A DNA stretch of 39,688 nt from a virus (taxonomy: Duplodnaviria > Caudoviricetes). Every line of letters starts with the position of its first letter. The stretch's first letter is position 1. The notes beneath the pieces were generated by a model that saw only the letters and a list, made by a program, of their open reading frames with translations, had not been told where the DNA came from and ran no database searches. Location of the stretch: positions 1 to 39,688 of the IMG/VR virus record IMGVR_UViG_3300049167_000219; one strand, 5' to 3'. This document shows, in pieces, positions 1 to 8,573 of this stretch. The position numbers and the translations under genes are program-made.

Positions 1-222
1 CCCTGCCGCCTGATCGACGTCGAAGGACTGATAGGTGTCCTCGATGATCTCCCAGGTGTCGGCGAGGATGTCCGACATCAGGCCGTTGATCTGGCCGAGC
101 GGGCTCTGCGCCGTCTGCGTCACGCCAGGCCCGAAGGCTGCGATCATCGCCGCTTCGAGATCGGCAAGCTGCTCCGGCAACCGCTTCCGCTCGAAGCCGG
201 TCGGGACGACACCATAGGCCAT
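1..222 (-). CDS. Baseplate J/gp47-like protein, N-terminus (truncated by window edge)
   Basis: Manual translation from ATG 222: MAYGVVPTGFERKRLPEQLADLEAAMIAAFGPG...SPLGQINGL; follows the wedge gene; not in the ORF track. Confidence 0.8.
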   Translation of the reverse strand, partial: MAYGVVPTGFERKRLPEQLADLEAAMIAAFGPGVTQTAQSPLGQINGLMSDILADTWEIIEDTYQSFDVDQAAG

Positions 223-230
223 GGGAACCC

Positions 231-599
231 CTAGAATTGGATGTCGAGCACGTCGTCGAAGACGGTGGCGATCTGCACGCGATCCATGCGCATGCCGCGC
301 GAGGCGCGGTCGTAGACCGCGCTGAACTCGAGGATTTCGGAGACGCCGGGCGTGGCCGCGATCTCGGCCTTGATAATGCTCTCGGCCATCGGCATCTCGC
401 CGGGCGGGCGCCCGAGGATGTAGCGGGTCCACTCGACCCCGGCCTCGGTGTTCAGGAACCACTCGCCAGCCCAGAACATCATGCGCTGGCGGATGTGCTC
501 GCCGATGGCCTCGGCATCCGTGACCATGACGGGCGAGCCGGTTTCGTCCAGCTGCAGGTCGTTGTGCGGCAGGATCGAGAGGCCGATGTAATCTGCCAT
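231..599 (-). CDS. Baseplate wedge protein (gp46/gp25-like)
   Basis: GEWFLNTEAGVEW motif and IAATPGV; located between spike and baseplate J. Confidence 0.75.
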   Translation of the reverse strand: MADYIGLSILPHNDLQLDETGSPVMVTDAEAIGEHIRQRMMFWAGEWFLNTEAGVEWTRYILGRPPGEMPMAESIIKAEIAATPGVSEILEFSAVYDRASRGMRMDRVQIATVFDDVLDIQF

Positions 600-601
600 G
601 A

Positions 602-1306
602 TCAGGTGCCTTGGATACCGTCGAGGCGGGTGATCAGCGCTGTGGCGGCCGTCTGGGTGACGCCGTCGACGGGCGCGCCCTCGTTCAGGTGGTTTTTGAT
701 CAGGACAAGAGCCTCGCGGATGATGTTCATCAGGCTGTCGCCGTTAGGTCCCTTGATGTCGACCTGGCCGGACGGCTTGACCGTCACCGCGTCCTTGCCA
801 TCGCCGCCGACGAGCGCCGTGGTGCCATCGGCGCGGACCTGCATGCCCTTCTTGCCATCCGACTTGCCGTAATGGGCGCCGCCGGCTGGCATGTTGGTCG
901 CGACCTTCGAGTCCTCACCACCCCCTGGGATGGCAATGGCGTCGGACAGATCGTGCATCCGGCCCGGCGCGCCGTCGGCGTCGCCGCCTTCGGTCTGCGC
1001 CTTATCGACGCTTCGCTGGCGGACGTGGACCGTGACGGGGTCGCCGGCCTTCATGTCGTAGTGGGACACGTACCCGCCACCGCCCGGCATGACGATCTTG
1101 ATCTCTTCGAGCGCCGGTGCCTTCAGCGTCTTGTCGCCGAACTTGCGCTCAAGCCTGGGCTGGATCTTCGCGCGCTGGGTCGCCCGGTCATAGCTGACGA
1201 TCGTGGCGTCGAGCGTGGTGTTCAGCTCGCGCCGCTCGGCCTCGATCGCTGCGGCCAGTGCTTCATGGCCATTCTTCCGGGTGGATGTGCCCTGGTAGCC
1301 GGCCAT
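602..1306 (-). CDS. Baseplate spike, Gp138-N/gp45-like
   Basis: N-terminal ATIVSYD..QRAKIQP OB-fold, RMHDLSDAIAIPG motif, Gly-rich beta repeats. Confidence 0.8.
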   Translation of the reverse strand: MAGYQGTSTRKNGHEALAAAIEAERRELNTTLDATIVSYDRATQRAKIQPRLERKFGDKTLKAPALEEIKIVMPGGGGYVSHYDMKAGDPVTVHVRQRSVDKAQTEGGDADGAPGRMHDLSDAIAIPGGGEDSKVATNMPAGGAHYGKSDGKKGMQVRADGTTALVGGDGKDAVTVKPSGQVDIKGPNGDSLMNIIREALVLIKNHLNEGAPVDGVTQTAATALITRLDGIQGT

Positions 1307-2172
1307 TACTTCACCACCTTGCCGCCTTCGACGCGGTTGCCTTCGGCCTCGACATAGAACTCGACGTCACGGCTATCGCCGCTGAACGTGCAGTCAGACA
1401 CGCGGAAGGTGCCGCCACCCTCGTCCGACTTGCGCTTGTCCTTGCCGCTGCCCTCGTCGAGGAAGTCGGATCGAACGTCGATGAGGTGCCCCGGCACGAC
1501 CTTGGGATTGAGCAGCGCCTTCACCTTGACGCCCTTGTCGGTGATCTCGGGGATGCCGATCATGCCGCTCTCTTTCGAGATGACGGTCGACTGGCTCAGG
1601 TGCTGGTCGTTCTTTACGGCCTCGATCTGGCCGTTCTGGCTCGACCAGTAAAAGCCATGCTCGCGGCCGAGCTTATCCATCTCGCGTGCGGCCCAGCCGT
1701 AGACGCTGACCGGGCGCTTGTAGACTGGCAGGTTGTCGAGGCCCTTCATCTCGCCCTTGGACGCTCCAGGCATCTCGCCAACGAGATAATCGACGATCTC
1801 CTTGGGCTTCGTCCCCTTCGGAAAGGTCTTCGAGACGGCGCCCTTGTTCACACCCTCGTCGCCGTCGCCGCACTCGATCGCGGATTCGACGTCGGCCGTT
1901 TCCTTGGTGTGGGTGACGTCGCGGATGTCGCCCTTGAAGATGGTCGAGACCTCGCCGCCCTCGTAGCCGGCCTCCAGCTCGATCTTGTCGAACTCCTCGC
2001 CCAGCTGCTTGCGGTGGCTCTTGGTCAGGTTCCAGATCGAGATCGATGCGGTGTTCTGCTTTGAGCCGATCGACTTCGAGACGCTGAACTTGATGCGCAG
2101 CTTCTCGATCGTGAGCGAGCCGCCCTTCCCTGATATCTTGACGCGGACGACGCGCTTCCACTGCCGGGTCAC
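1306..2172 (-). CDS. Baseplate hub protein
   Basis: IKFSVSKS..NTASISIWNL, LEAGY, IFKGDI, GMIGIPE, ALLNP motifs. Confidence 0.8.
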   Translation of the reverse strand: MTRQWKRVVRVKISGKGGSLTIEKLRIKFSVSKSIGSKQNTASISIWNLTKSHRKQLGEEFDKIELEAGYEGGEVSTIFKGDIRDVTHTKETADVESAIECGDGDEGVNKGAVSKTFPKGTKPKEIVDYLVGEMPGASKGEMKGLDNLPVYKRPVSVYGWAAREMDKLGREHGFYWSSQNGQIEAVKNDQHLSQSTVISKESGMIGIPEITDKGVKVKALLNPKVVPGHLIDVRSDFLDEGSGKDKRKSDEGGGTFRVSDCTFSGDSRDVEFYVEAEGNRVEGGKVVK

Positions 2173-2492
2173 GCGGCGACCTCAAGCGGATCGTAGTGGA
2201 AGAGCCGAACCCTGCCAGATGGCAGCTGCATGCGGCCCGGAATGGCAGGCTCCTCGCCCCAGGGCGTGGCCACGATGCTGCCGATGCCGAGATCGAAGGG
2301 CCGGATCAGACCCACGCCGCAGACGATGCGCCGGCCCGACAAGACCCGCACGCCCTCGATATCGAGGTGAAAGGTCCAGCGATCGGCCCAGGTGGAATAG
2401 TTCACCACGAAGTCGCAGCGCCGGCCCGACAGCGTCGTCGTGAACGACTGCGATGGCGCGTCGATGATGGGAAGCTCGCGAAATACGCCCAT
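2169..2492 (-). CDS. Small baseplate protein
   Basis: 107 aa, PSQSFTTTL...W motif; sits between Dit-like and hub genes; overlapping stop/start. Confidence 0.65.
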   Translation of the reverse strand: MGVFRELPIIDAPSQSFTTTLSGRRCDFVVNYSTWADRWTFHLDIEGVRVLSGRRIVCGVGLIRPFDLGIGSIVATPWGEEPAIPGRMQLPSGRVRLFHYDPLEVAA

Positions 2493-2495
2493 GGC

Positions 2496-3011
2496 TCAAT
2501 CCGCCGCGATGGCGCCGCTGAGGATGGAATTGGAGCTCGATGGGATGTCGTTCGCGGGACGTGCCGCGACCTGCCCGCGCGAGGTTGTCGACTTCGCGCT
2601 GTCGCTGTTCGTCGTGCCCGAATTCCCAGAACCGTCGCCGCTCTGCGTATTGACGATGATGACTTCCTGGAGTTCGGCTGTGAACTTGAGAACGCGAGCG
2701 TGCTCCTTGTCCCGCGTCGCCACGATCTCCTTGATCAGCATGTTGCTGTAGACCTTCAGGCCGGTGATCAGGCTGAAGGGTTCGGCGCGCTCCTGAACGG
2801 CCAGGAGCTGCTGATAGGAGGAAACAGCGCGCGAGGCATCGACGACCGATTCCAGCACCACCTTGTAAGGCATGCGCCAGGCGTGATCGCTGATCTTCGC
2901 CCCGCTCTCGACGGGGTGCTCTGCGATCTCCATCGAGGCGGTGTGCTCTTCCGAGATCACCACGTCGACGAAGACGCCACCGATCGAGCGGCTGACGAGG
3001 ATGCAGCTCAT
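2496..3011 (-). CDS. Dit-like tail tube initiator/baseplate protein
   Basis: SEEH...EHPVESGAKISDH...P motif directly after the tape measure gene. Confidence 0.8.
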   Translation of the reverse strand: MSCILVSRSIGGVFVDVVISEEHTASMEIAEHPVESGAKISDHAWRMPYKVVLESVVDASRAVSSYQQLLAVQERAEPFSLITGLKVYSNMLIKEIVATRDKEHARVLKFTAELQEVIIVNTQSGDGSGNSGTTNSDSAKSTTSRGQVAARPANDIPSSSNSILSGAIAAD

Positions 3012-5008
3012 GGCGCGGTCAAGGCTCCGGTCGACGTGTTGCTGCCCTTGGTGGAAATCGCGCCCAGAACCGAGTTCTTGACCGCTGCCGCCACCGCATC
3101 GAGCCCGGTCGCATTGACCGTTACGTTCGTGGAGACTGTCCGATGGTCGTTGCCGATATCCGAATAGGTCCGGTTATCGTTCTCGGTCTTGTTCTCGATC
3201 GCCTTCTGCATCTTGTTCGCATTGGTCTCCGGAGAGACCTGCGACAGGATGCTCGGGATGCTGTCGATGATCGACTTGAACTGCTGAAGGATGCCGGTTG
3301 CTTCGCCTGTCGGCTCAGGCTTTGGCTTCTTCTTCAGCGCGTCGAGCCGCTCGGGCAGATCCGCTTGGGTATCGCGGATGCGCCGCGTCGGCGTATCGCG
3401 CGGCGCCGGCGAGGTGTCCTTGTCGCGGCTCGGAAGGCTGGTGCTGTCGGTCGACGGCTTGCTCTTGTCGAGCGCCTTGCGAAGGGCTTCGAGCTTGGCC
3501 GGCACATCGCTCTGGGTCTCGCGGACGACGGTGGTCGGTGTGCGCTCCGGGGCCGCTGAAGTGTCCTTGTCCCGTGCCGGGAGCGACACAGGGGCGGGCA
3601 GCGTATCCTTGTCGCGCGCAGGGAGAGCCTGGGCGTCGGATTTGATTGGCTTCGCCTTGCCGGGGACAATCCGCTTGTCATCTTTCGGGCGTTCAGGGGG
3701 GAGTGGCGCGGTGGTTGGGACGCCGTTGCGTTCAAATTCTGCTTGCCGCGCCTTGTAGTCGGCCTCGTCCTGCGTGCGCCGGCGGCGCTGAGCAGCCGTT
3801 TCTTCCGGCTTCTCGCTGAGACCGCGAGCGCGATTGTTCTCGCGCGCTGAGTCGCTTTCCCGATCGAGCCTTTCGCGGCGACGCCCGGCAGATTCCTTGA
3901 TAATGCCAGCGTTTTCCGCGAACTCGACCAGCTTATCGAGGAACGAATTCAGGGCCGGCAGCACGTAGGTCGCGATGGTCGTGCCAAACTCCAAGAGCCT
4001 GTCACTGATCCCCTTCATCAGGGCATCAAACTTGAGCCCGGCCGCCAGGGCCTGCTCGGCTACCTCGCTCTGCTTCTTCTCCGACTTGTCGGACGTCGTC
4101 GGGAAAAGCTTCGCGGCCTTTTCTATGATACCGGGAAGGTCCTTGAGCGCAATGCTGTCGAGGAGGACCTTCAGCTTCCCACTGATGCCGGCGTCCTCGG
4201 CGAACTGCTCGTTCTTCTTGTCCTGCTCCAGCGCCTTTTTGCGGAGCGCAGCCGCCTTCTTAGGCGTTTTGTTGCCGAGCTTGTCGGCCTCAGCGCGCAG
4301 CTTACCCGCCTGTTCGGTGGCGCGCTTGTAGGCCTGGAACACGTCGAGAGCGAGAGCGGCGCTGTCGCGGGTCTTGCCGGTCTTCGGGTCGACGTCGAAC
4401 GCCTTATCGATCCCGAAACCCTTGAACTTCTTTTTCGCCTCGTCCGCGTCGTCACCGCCCTTGCGGACGGCCTTCGCGACGTCCTCCATGGCGCCGACGA
4501 CCTTCTTGGCCTCGTCTTCGAAGCCATCGCCGAACCCGGCGACTCGCAGGATATTGCCGACCGTCTCCAGGTTCTGAGCGCTGGTGCCGATCTCCTTAGC
4601 TGCTAGCGAGAACTCGCGCCTGGCGAGCGCGGCCTTGGCCGCCGCGCGGGTGAAGGCCAGCGCCACCACCGCAATCCCAGCGGCCAGGCCGGCGAACACG
4701 CCGACAGCCCGCAGCGCGATCGTCAGGATCAGGCGGAGACTGGAGACCGCGACCGCGGCGGCCCGCTTGAGCCCGCCCAGCGCCGTCGAGAGGAGCAGCA
4801 CGCCCCTGCTGGATTTCTTGGAGGTCTCGCCGAGGCGACCGACGCCGACGGCGGCGACCGTGGCCGATGCGCCTGCTGCCTTCAGTGGGTTAGACGATGC
4901 GACGATCGTCTTCTTCGCGGCATCGAACTGCTTGACGGCAGCCTTGAGCTTCGGGAGGCCGTCGACGTCGAACCCAAGTTTGGCAACGAGTTCTTCGATG
5001 ACGGCCAT
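3008..5008 (-). CDS. Tape measure protein
   Basis: 666 aa, Ala/Lys-rich and helical, MAVIEELVAKLGFDVD start, hydrophobic segment, expected position. Confidence 0.8.
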   Translation of the reverse strand: MAVIEELVAKLGFDVDGLPKLKAAVKQFDAAKKTIVASSNPLKAAGASATVAAVGVGRLGETSKKSSRGVLLLSTALGGLKRAAAVAVSSLRLILTIALRAVGVFAGLAAGIAVVALAFTRAAAKAALARREFSLAAKEIGTSAQNLETVGNILRVAGFGDGFEDEAKKVVGAMEDVAKAVRKGGDDADEAKKKFKGFGIDKAFDVDPKTGKTRDSAALALDVFQAYKRATEQAGKLRAEADKLGNKTPKKAAALRKKALEQDKKNEQFAEDAGISGKLKVLLDSIALKDLPGIIEKAAKLFPTTSDKSEKKQSEVAEQALAAGLKFDALMKGISDRLLEFGTTIATYVLPALNSFLDKLVEFAENAGIIKESAGRRRERLDRESDSARENNRARGLSEKPEETAAQRRRRTQDEADYKARQAEFERNGVPTTAPLPPERPKDDKRIVPGKAKPIKSDAQALPARDKDTLPAPVSLPARDKDTSAAPERTPTTVVRETQSDVPAKLEALRKALDKSKPSTDSTSLPSRDKDTSPAPRDTPTRRIRDTQADLPERLDALKKKPKPEPTGEATGILQQFKSIIDSIPSILSQVSPETNANKMQKAIENKTENDNRTYSDIGNDHRTVSTNVTVNATGLDAVAAAVKNSVLGAISTKGSNTSTGALTAP

Positions 5009-5017
5009 GGTTACCCG

Positions 5018-5395
5018 CTATTTTGGTGTGAACTCGGCGGCCTTGATGGTGAAACCGCCGCGATGCTCCTCTCGGAGCGTGACTTTAAATGTCAGCGACC
5101 CTTGGCATTCCGCCTTTGGGGCAGAGGTTGAGACGCGACTGCAATGTCGTTCCAGGTGGTAGATCGTTCGCGGCGTCATGCCGGCATCATCAAGCTTGGC
5201 GCCGCCCGATGCGTCGCGAACAAGGCCACCGTGGTATTGGCTGAACCCGAAGATCGTGACGTTCTGGACCGTCACTGTCTCGCCAGCCAATGCGGGGCGC
5301 TGTGCTTCGAGCTGCGCAAGAGATACGATCTTCGTGGTCTGGGCTAAAAGCTGCGACGCAGCCACCACTCCAACTGAAACCAGAATCGCTCGCAT
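5018..5395 (-). CDS. Hypothetical exported protein (moron)
   Basis: Signal-peptide-like N-terminus, two Cys, GGGAGG RBS. Confidence 0.7.
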   Translation of the reverse strand: MRAILVSVGVVAASQLLAQTTKIVSLAQLEAQRPALAGETVTVQNVTIFGFSQYHGGLVRDASGGAKLDDAGMTPRTIYHLERHCSRVSTSAPKAECQGSLTFKVTLREEHRGGFTIKAAEFTPK

Positions 5396-5479
5396 AGAAG
5401 CCTCCCTTTTGCCCGGAGGATGTCGGCGAACGTGGTCGGCGTCGAGGGGATTGGTGAAGGCGCTATCCCGGATGGGAGA

Positions 5480-6478
5480 TCAATTTTGTGGAGCGCGCTC
5501 GTAGATTTTAACGCTGCTGACTTGATTGGCGACTACACCAATATCGCCATACTTTAGTGAACACTCGGGCGGAAGACTTTCATCCATAAATTTTAGATAC
5601 TCGGCTACAATCTCAGCGTCACTTGATGGAGAAAGTATTTTTGCTAGCTCAGATGCGACAGAAGTTAGAGATATAATTCCAAGGGTAATATCCGCATCGA
5701 CATCAGAACTGTATACAATCCCGTGGTTCCATAAAAAAAGTATACTATAGGTCTTTGCCTTCATCGCCTCTTTTACAGATAGCCCCAATGCCGCGTGAAC
5801 AAGCCCAGCGGCTTCGAGATTATTGACATAATTCAAATATTTACCGCTCGTAAATTTCTCCAGACGCAAAATATAATCGTTACTTATCGCGTACCGGATA
5901 AGATATTCGAACTCAAGTGCGGTATTTTTGTCCAGCATCGAAACGGCATGCAACGTGCGACGCGAGAACGACCCGGCTGCTCTAATTTCTCCAGCTAAAA
6001 CGCGCCCCCACAAATGACGGAGTTCATCTGAGGAGGCCTGTTCAGCGTACGACCCGAATAGATTGAGCCAATCCTCCGATGGAGCTTCAACGTTCTCATT
6101 GGGCATATCTGCCCGCAGATTTTCAATCGCGATAGCAGCGACGCTCTCTCGATTCACCTGAGACCCGACTAGTTTTTGCGCCCAGGAGTCCATCGCGCGT
6201 TCGACGATTTCAGGCTCGGAATCTAGTTGCCCGATCGCCTTTTCGACGAGAGCCTTTTTGATCACGGCTCTCGCATCGGTTTCGTCCTCGATGCCTCTGC
6301 GAATTTGGTCGCCCTTTGCACCAATTATCTTAATCCAGGCTGCACCTGCATCTCCTGTCGCGCCCACAACATGAGCGATCGCCTTAACTGCCCCGGGTAT
6401 CTTGCCGTTATTGACCCATTCGTCGAGCCATTTGCCAATCTGAGAAACAGTCGATGTTGGGAGGTCGTTCATGTGCAT
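5480..6478 (-). CDS. DUF2806-like protein (moron)
   Basis: EDWLNLF..YAEQASSDELRHLWGRVLAGEI..GSFSRRTL motif; visibly AT-rich. Confidence 0.8.
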   Translation of the reverse strand: MHMNDLPTSTVSQIGKWLDEWVNNGKIPGAVKAIAHVVGATGDAGAAWIKIIGAKGDQIRRGIEDETDARAVIKKALVEKAIGQLDSEPEIVERAMDSWAQKLVGSQVNRESVAAIAIENLRADMPNENVEAPSEDWLNLFGSYAEQASSDELRHLWGRVLAGEIRAAGSFSRRTLHAVSMLDKNTALEFEYLIRYAISNDYILRLEKFTSGKYLNYVNNLEAAGLVHAALGLSVKEAMKAKTYSILFLWNHGIVYSSDVDADITLGIISLTSVASELAKILSPSSDAEIVAEYLKFMDESLPPECSLKYGDIGVVANQVSSVKIYERAPQN

Positions 6479-6499
6479 GCCCCTGCTGGGACGAATGCA

Positions 6500-6646
6500 T
6501 CACAGCAGGAGCCATCGTGCAAATGCGACGAAAGCAGCAAAAATCGCGAATGTTGCCGATAAGGGCACCAATGCCGCCATCGCGATAACGCTCACCATAA
6601 GAGCGGCATTTGCCCATTTGGGAAGATCTTGCGGCCTTTCTGTCAC
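6500..6646 (-). CDS. Small membrane protein, 48 aa
   Basis: GTG start after GGAGG; almost entirely hydrophobic. Confidence 0.5.
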   Translation of the reverse strand: MTERPQDLPKWANAALMVSVIAMAALVPLSATFAIFAAFVAFARWLLL

Positions 6647-6647
6647 G

Positions 6648-6917
6648 TCACCTCCGCACCCGCTCCGCATCCTCCATAGCCTTCGCGGCCATGTGCTCTT
6701 CGACGTCAAGCAGCTCATTCATGTCGAAGAGGTCATCGATATTGTAGATCGTCCGCAACTCATGGCGCGAGGCCAGGGGCGGGTCTGAGCGCGTCGGGCG
6801 CCAGATGAAGAGGTCGTCGGCGAGGTTGGGGGCTATGGCGCGGATTTGAGATGGCGAGAGGCTTACGCCGCCGGCCTTGCCCTCAGGAGGGCCGATCCCG
6901 CGCCGTCGGCGAAAAAA
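6648..6917 (-). CDS. Tail assembly chaperone, frameshift-extended part (gpT-like)
   Basis: Open in the -1 frame from T TTT TTC; ELRTIYNIDDLFDMNELLD motif. Confidence 0.7.
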   Translation of the reverse strand, partial: FFRRRRGIGPPEGKAGGVSLSPSQIRAIAPNLADDLFIWRPTRSDPPLASRHELRTIYNIDDLFDMNELLDVEEHMAAKAMEDAERVRR

Positions 6918-7252
6918 CCGCCGAATTCCGTCTGCAGCGCGAACATGGCGACAGAAAGAAGTTCCGGAAGCTCCATTACGCCAGGCACGGCCAAATCGCC
7001 ATCGACCCGGCACTCGGCGACCATGTCCATGATCAGGGTGTAGACGGCGTCGTTGTCCATCTCCCCGATGAAAGATGCGATAGCGGCCATGGCGAGGAGA
7101 TCGCTCTGGCCCGGGTCCTCGGCGGCAATGGCTTCAAGCAGACCCTTGGCCGGGCCCAGCACTTTCAGGACCCGCAGGAGCATCTTCAGCCCCTTGTCGG
7201 CCGGCATGCGATCATATCGCACCGTCCGGCCGTTGATCTTCTTCTCAGCCAT
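6863..7252 (-). CDS. Tail assembly chaperone (gpG-like)
   Basis: 129 aa between tube and tape measure genes, with EFGGFF at the slippery site. Confidence 0.8.
   Translation of the reverse strand: MAEKKINGRTVRYDRMPADKGLKMLLRVLKVLGPAKGLLEAIAAEDPGQSDLLAMAAIASFIGEMDNDAVYTLIMDMVAECRVDGDLAVPGVMELPELLSVAMFALQTEFGGFFADGAGSALLRARPAA
6911..6917 (-). other. -1 ribosomal frameshift slippery heptamer T TTT TTC
   Basis: In-frame X XXY YYZ near the chaperone end; the -1 frame is open to 6648. Confidence 0.75.
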
Positions 7253-7304
7253 TTGACTCTCGGGGATCGGGGACAGGAGGATGTCGCCTCAATGGGAGGC
7301 GGCA

Positions 7305-7625
7305 ATGGTTACGGACGAACAGTTCGATCTGATGGTCGAGGCGTTGCGTGCTCAGAAAGAGCTGCTGGAAAAGCTGATCGTCGAAGTTCAGAAGCTGCAG
7401 GGGCGCGATCACGCGACCGTAGTTTTCACGACGATGCTTTGCAGAGTTCTCAGCGGACGCGGCGTGATTTCGGGCGATGATCTAGCTGTTTTTGTCGAGC
7501 GGCTGATCGCTGAAGCAGGGACTGCAGGCAATGCCGGCATCGACAGGTACGCGCGAGAACATCTGAAAACGATCTTGGGCATGCTCCGGCAGGATCGAAA
7601 CATTGATAGGTCCCGTCCGCAATAG
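7305..7625 (+). CDS. Hypothetical protein, opposite strand to the late operon
   Basis: GGGAGG RBS then ATG 7305; helical 106 aa product. Confidence 0.65.
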   Translation: MVTDEQFDLMVEALRAQKELLEKLIVEVQKLQGRDHATVVFTTMLCRVLSGRGVISGDDLAVFVERLIAEAGTAGNAGIDRYAREHLKTILGMLRQDRNIDRSRPQ

Positions 7626-7670
7626 GCCACACGTCAGCAGCGATCTGCTTGATGTCAGCGTCTGTGAGCG

Positions 7671-7820
7671 TCATCGGGCCAACTTCTCCGCCACCTTAGC
7701 TTTGATTTCCGCGATGACCTGGGCCGCCGAGACGCGGGCGCCGGCGATGTCACCGGAGGCCGCCGCGTTGACCGCCTTGCCTGCGGCCTGACGCGCGGCC
7801 GCGCATCTTGAGCAAGCCAT
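7671..7820 (-). CDS. Small hypothetical protein, 49 aa (MACSRCAAARQAAGK...)
   Basis: Manual translation; CxxC at the N-terminus; ATGA overlap with the next ORF. Confidence 0.5.
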   Translation of the reverse strand: MACSRCAAARQAAGKAVNAAASGDIAGARVSAAQVIAEIKAKVAEKLAR

Positions 7821-7888
7821 GGCCCTACCGGGATAGAGAGTGCGATTATCCCGTTGCGCGCGCGGCGCCGGTGATGTCTGCTGCCGGG

Positions 7889-8089
7889 ATGAGCAACAGC
7901 ACCGATGAGCGCTTGGAGCGCCTGCAGCTTGAGGTTTCCCAGCTGCGCGAGATGGCGATGATGCAGACCGCCATCATGCAGATCATGGCCCTGAAGATGG
8001 GCATCGCCCCGGCCGATATGCAGGCGATGAGCCCGGTACCGATCCCGACGCCTCTCGACATCGTGGATCAGCTGAGGCCGAAGGCTTAG
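7889..8089 (+). CDS. Hypothetical protein, opposite strand
   Basis: Helical ORF converging on the tail tube stop; start uncertain (7874 or 7889). Confidence 0.5.
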   Translation: MSNSTDERLERLQLEVSQLREMAMMQTAIMQIMALKMGIAPADMQAMSPVPIPTPLDIVDQLRPKA

Positions 8090-8538
8090 GCCACCGGTGC
8101 GTAGGTGGTGTCGTTCTCCTGCCAACAGTTGCAGAAGAGCACCCATTCCCGCTCGGTCGCGGCGGCGCCGAAGCTCTTGCTCGGCTCCTGAATGATGACG
8201 GCGGCGGAGCAACCTCCGCCCTCGCCCGTCGTCGTATCGACCAAGCCAACCGCGATGAGCTTCAGAGAGCCCATGCGAACCGCCTTGGACCGCTGCTGCA
8301 AATACTGGTTCATGGGGCTGTTCGGCATCAGCTTGATCGTCAGGCGGGCGCTTTCGTCCGCCGTAACCGAGACGACTGACGAGCCGTCCGCGCCAGTCAA
8401 TGGCGTGCCGAGCTCGGTGTCTCGCTCGACCACGACAGCGTCGTCCCCCTCCCAGAGGCCGGTAACTCGGCGGCCATCGAGTGTCAGGACGATGTTCTTG
8501 AAGGAATGGATGGTGAGCTGAGCGCATTCAACGGTCAT
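8086..8538 (-). CDS. Tail tube protein (DUF3277-like)
   Basis: 150 aa after the sheath; GADG, LMPNSP, EREW motifs. Confidence 0.8.
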   Translation of the reverse strand: MTVECAQLTIHSFKNIVLTLDGRRVTGLWEGDDAVVVERDTELGTPLTGADGSSVVSVTADESARLTIKLMPNSPMNQYLQQRSKAVRMGSLKLIAVGLVDTTTGEGGGCSAAVIIQEPSKSFGAAATEREWVLFCNCWQENDTTYAPVA

Positions 8539-8573
8539 AGATCAGGCTCCTGGATAGGGATCGGGTTGCCCGG

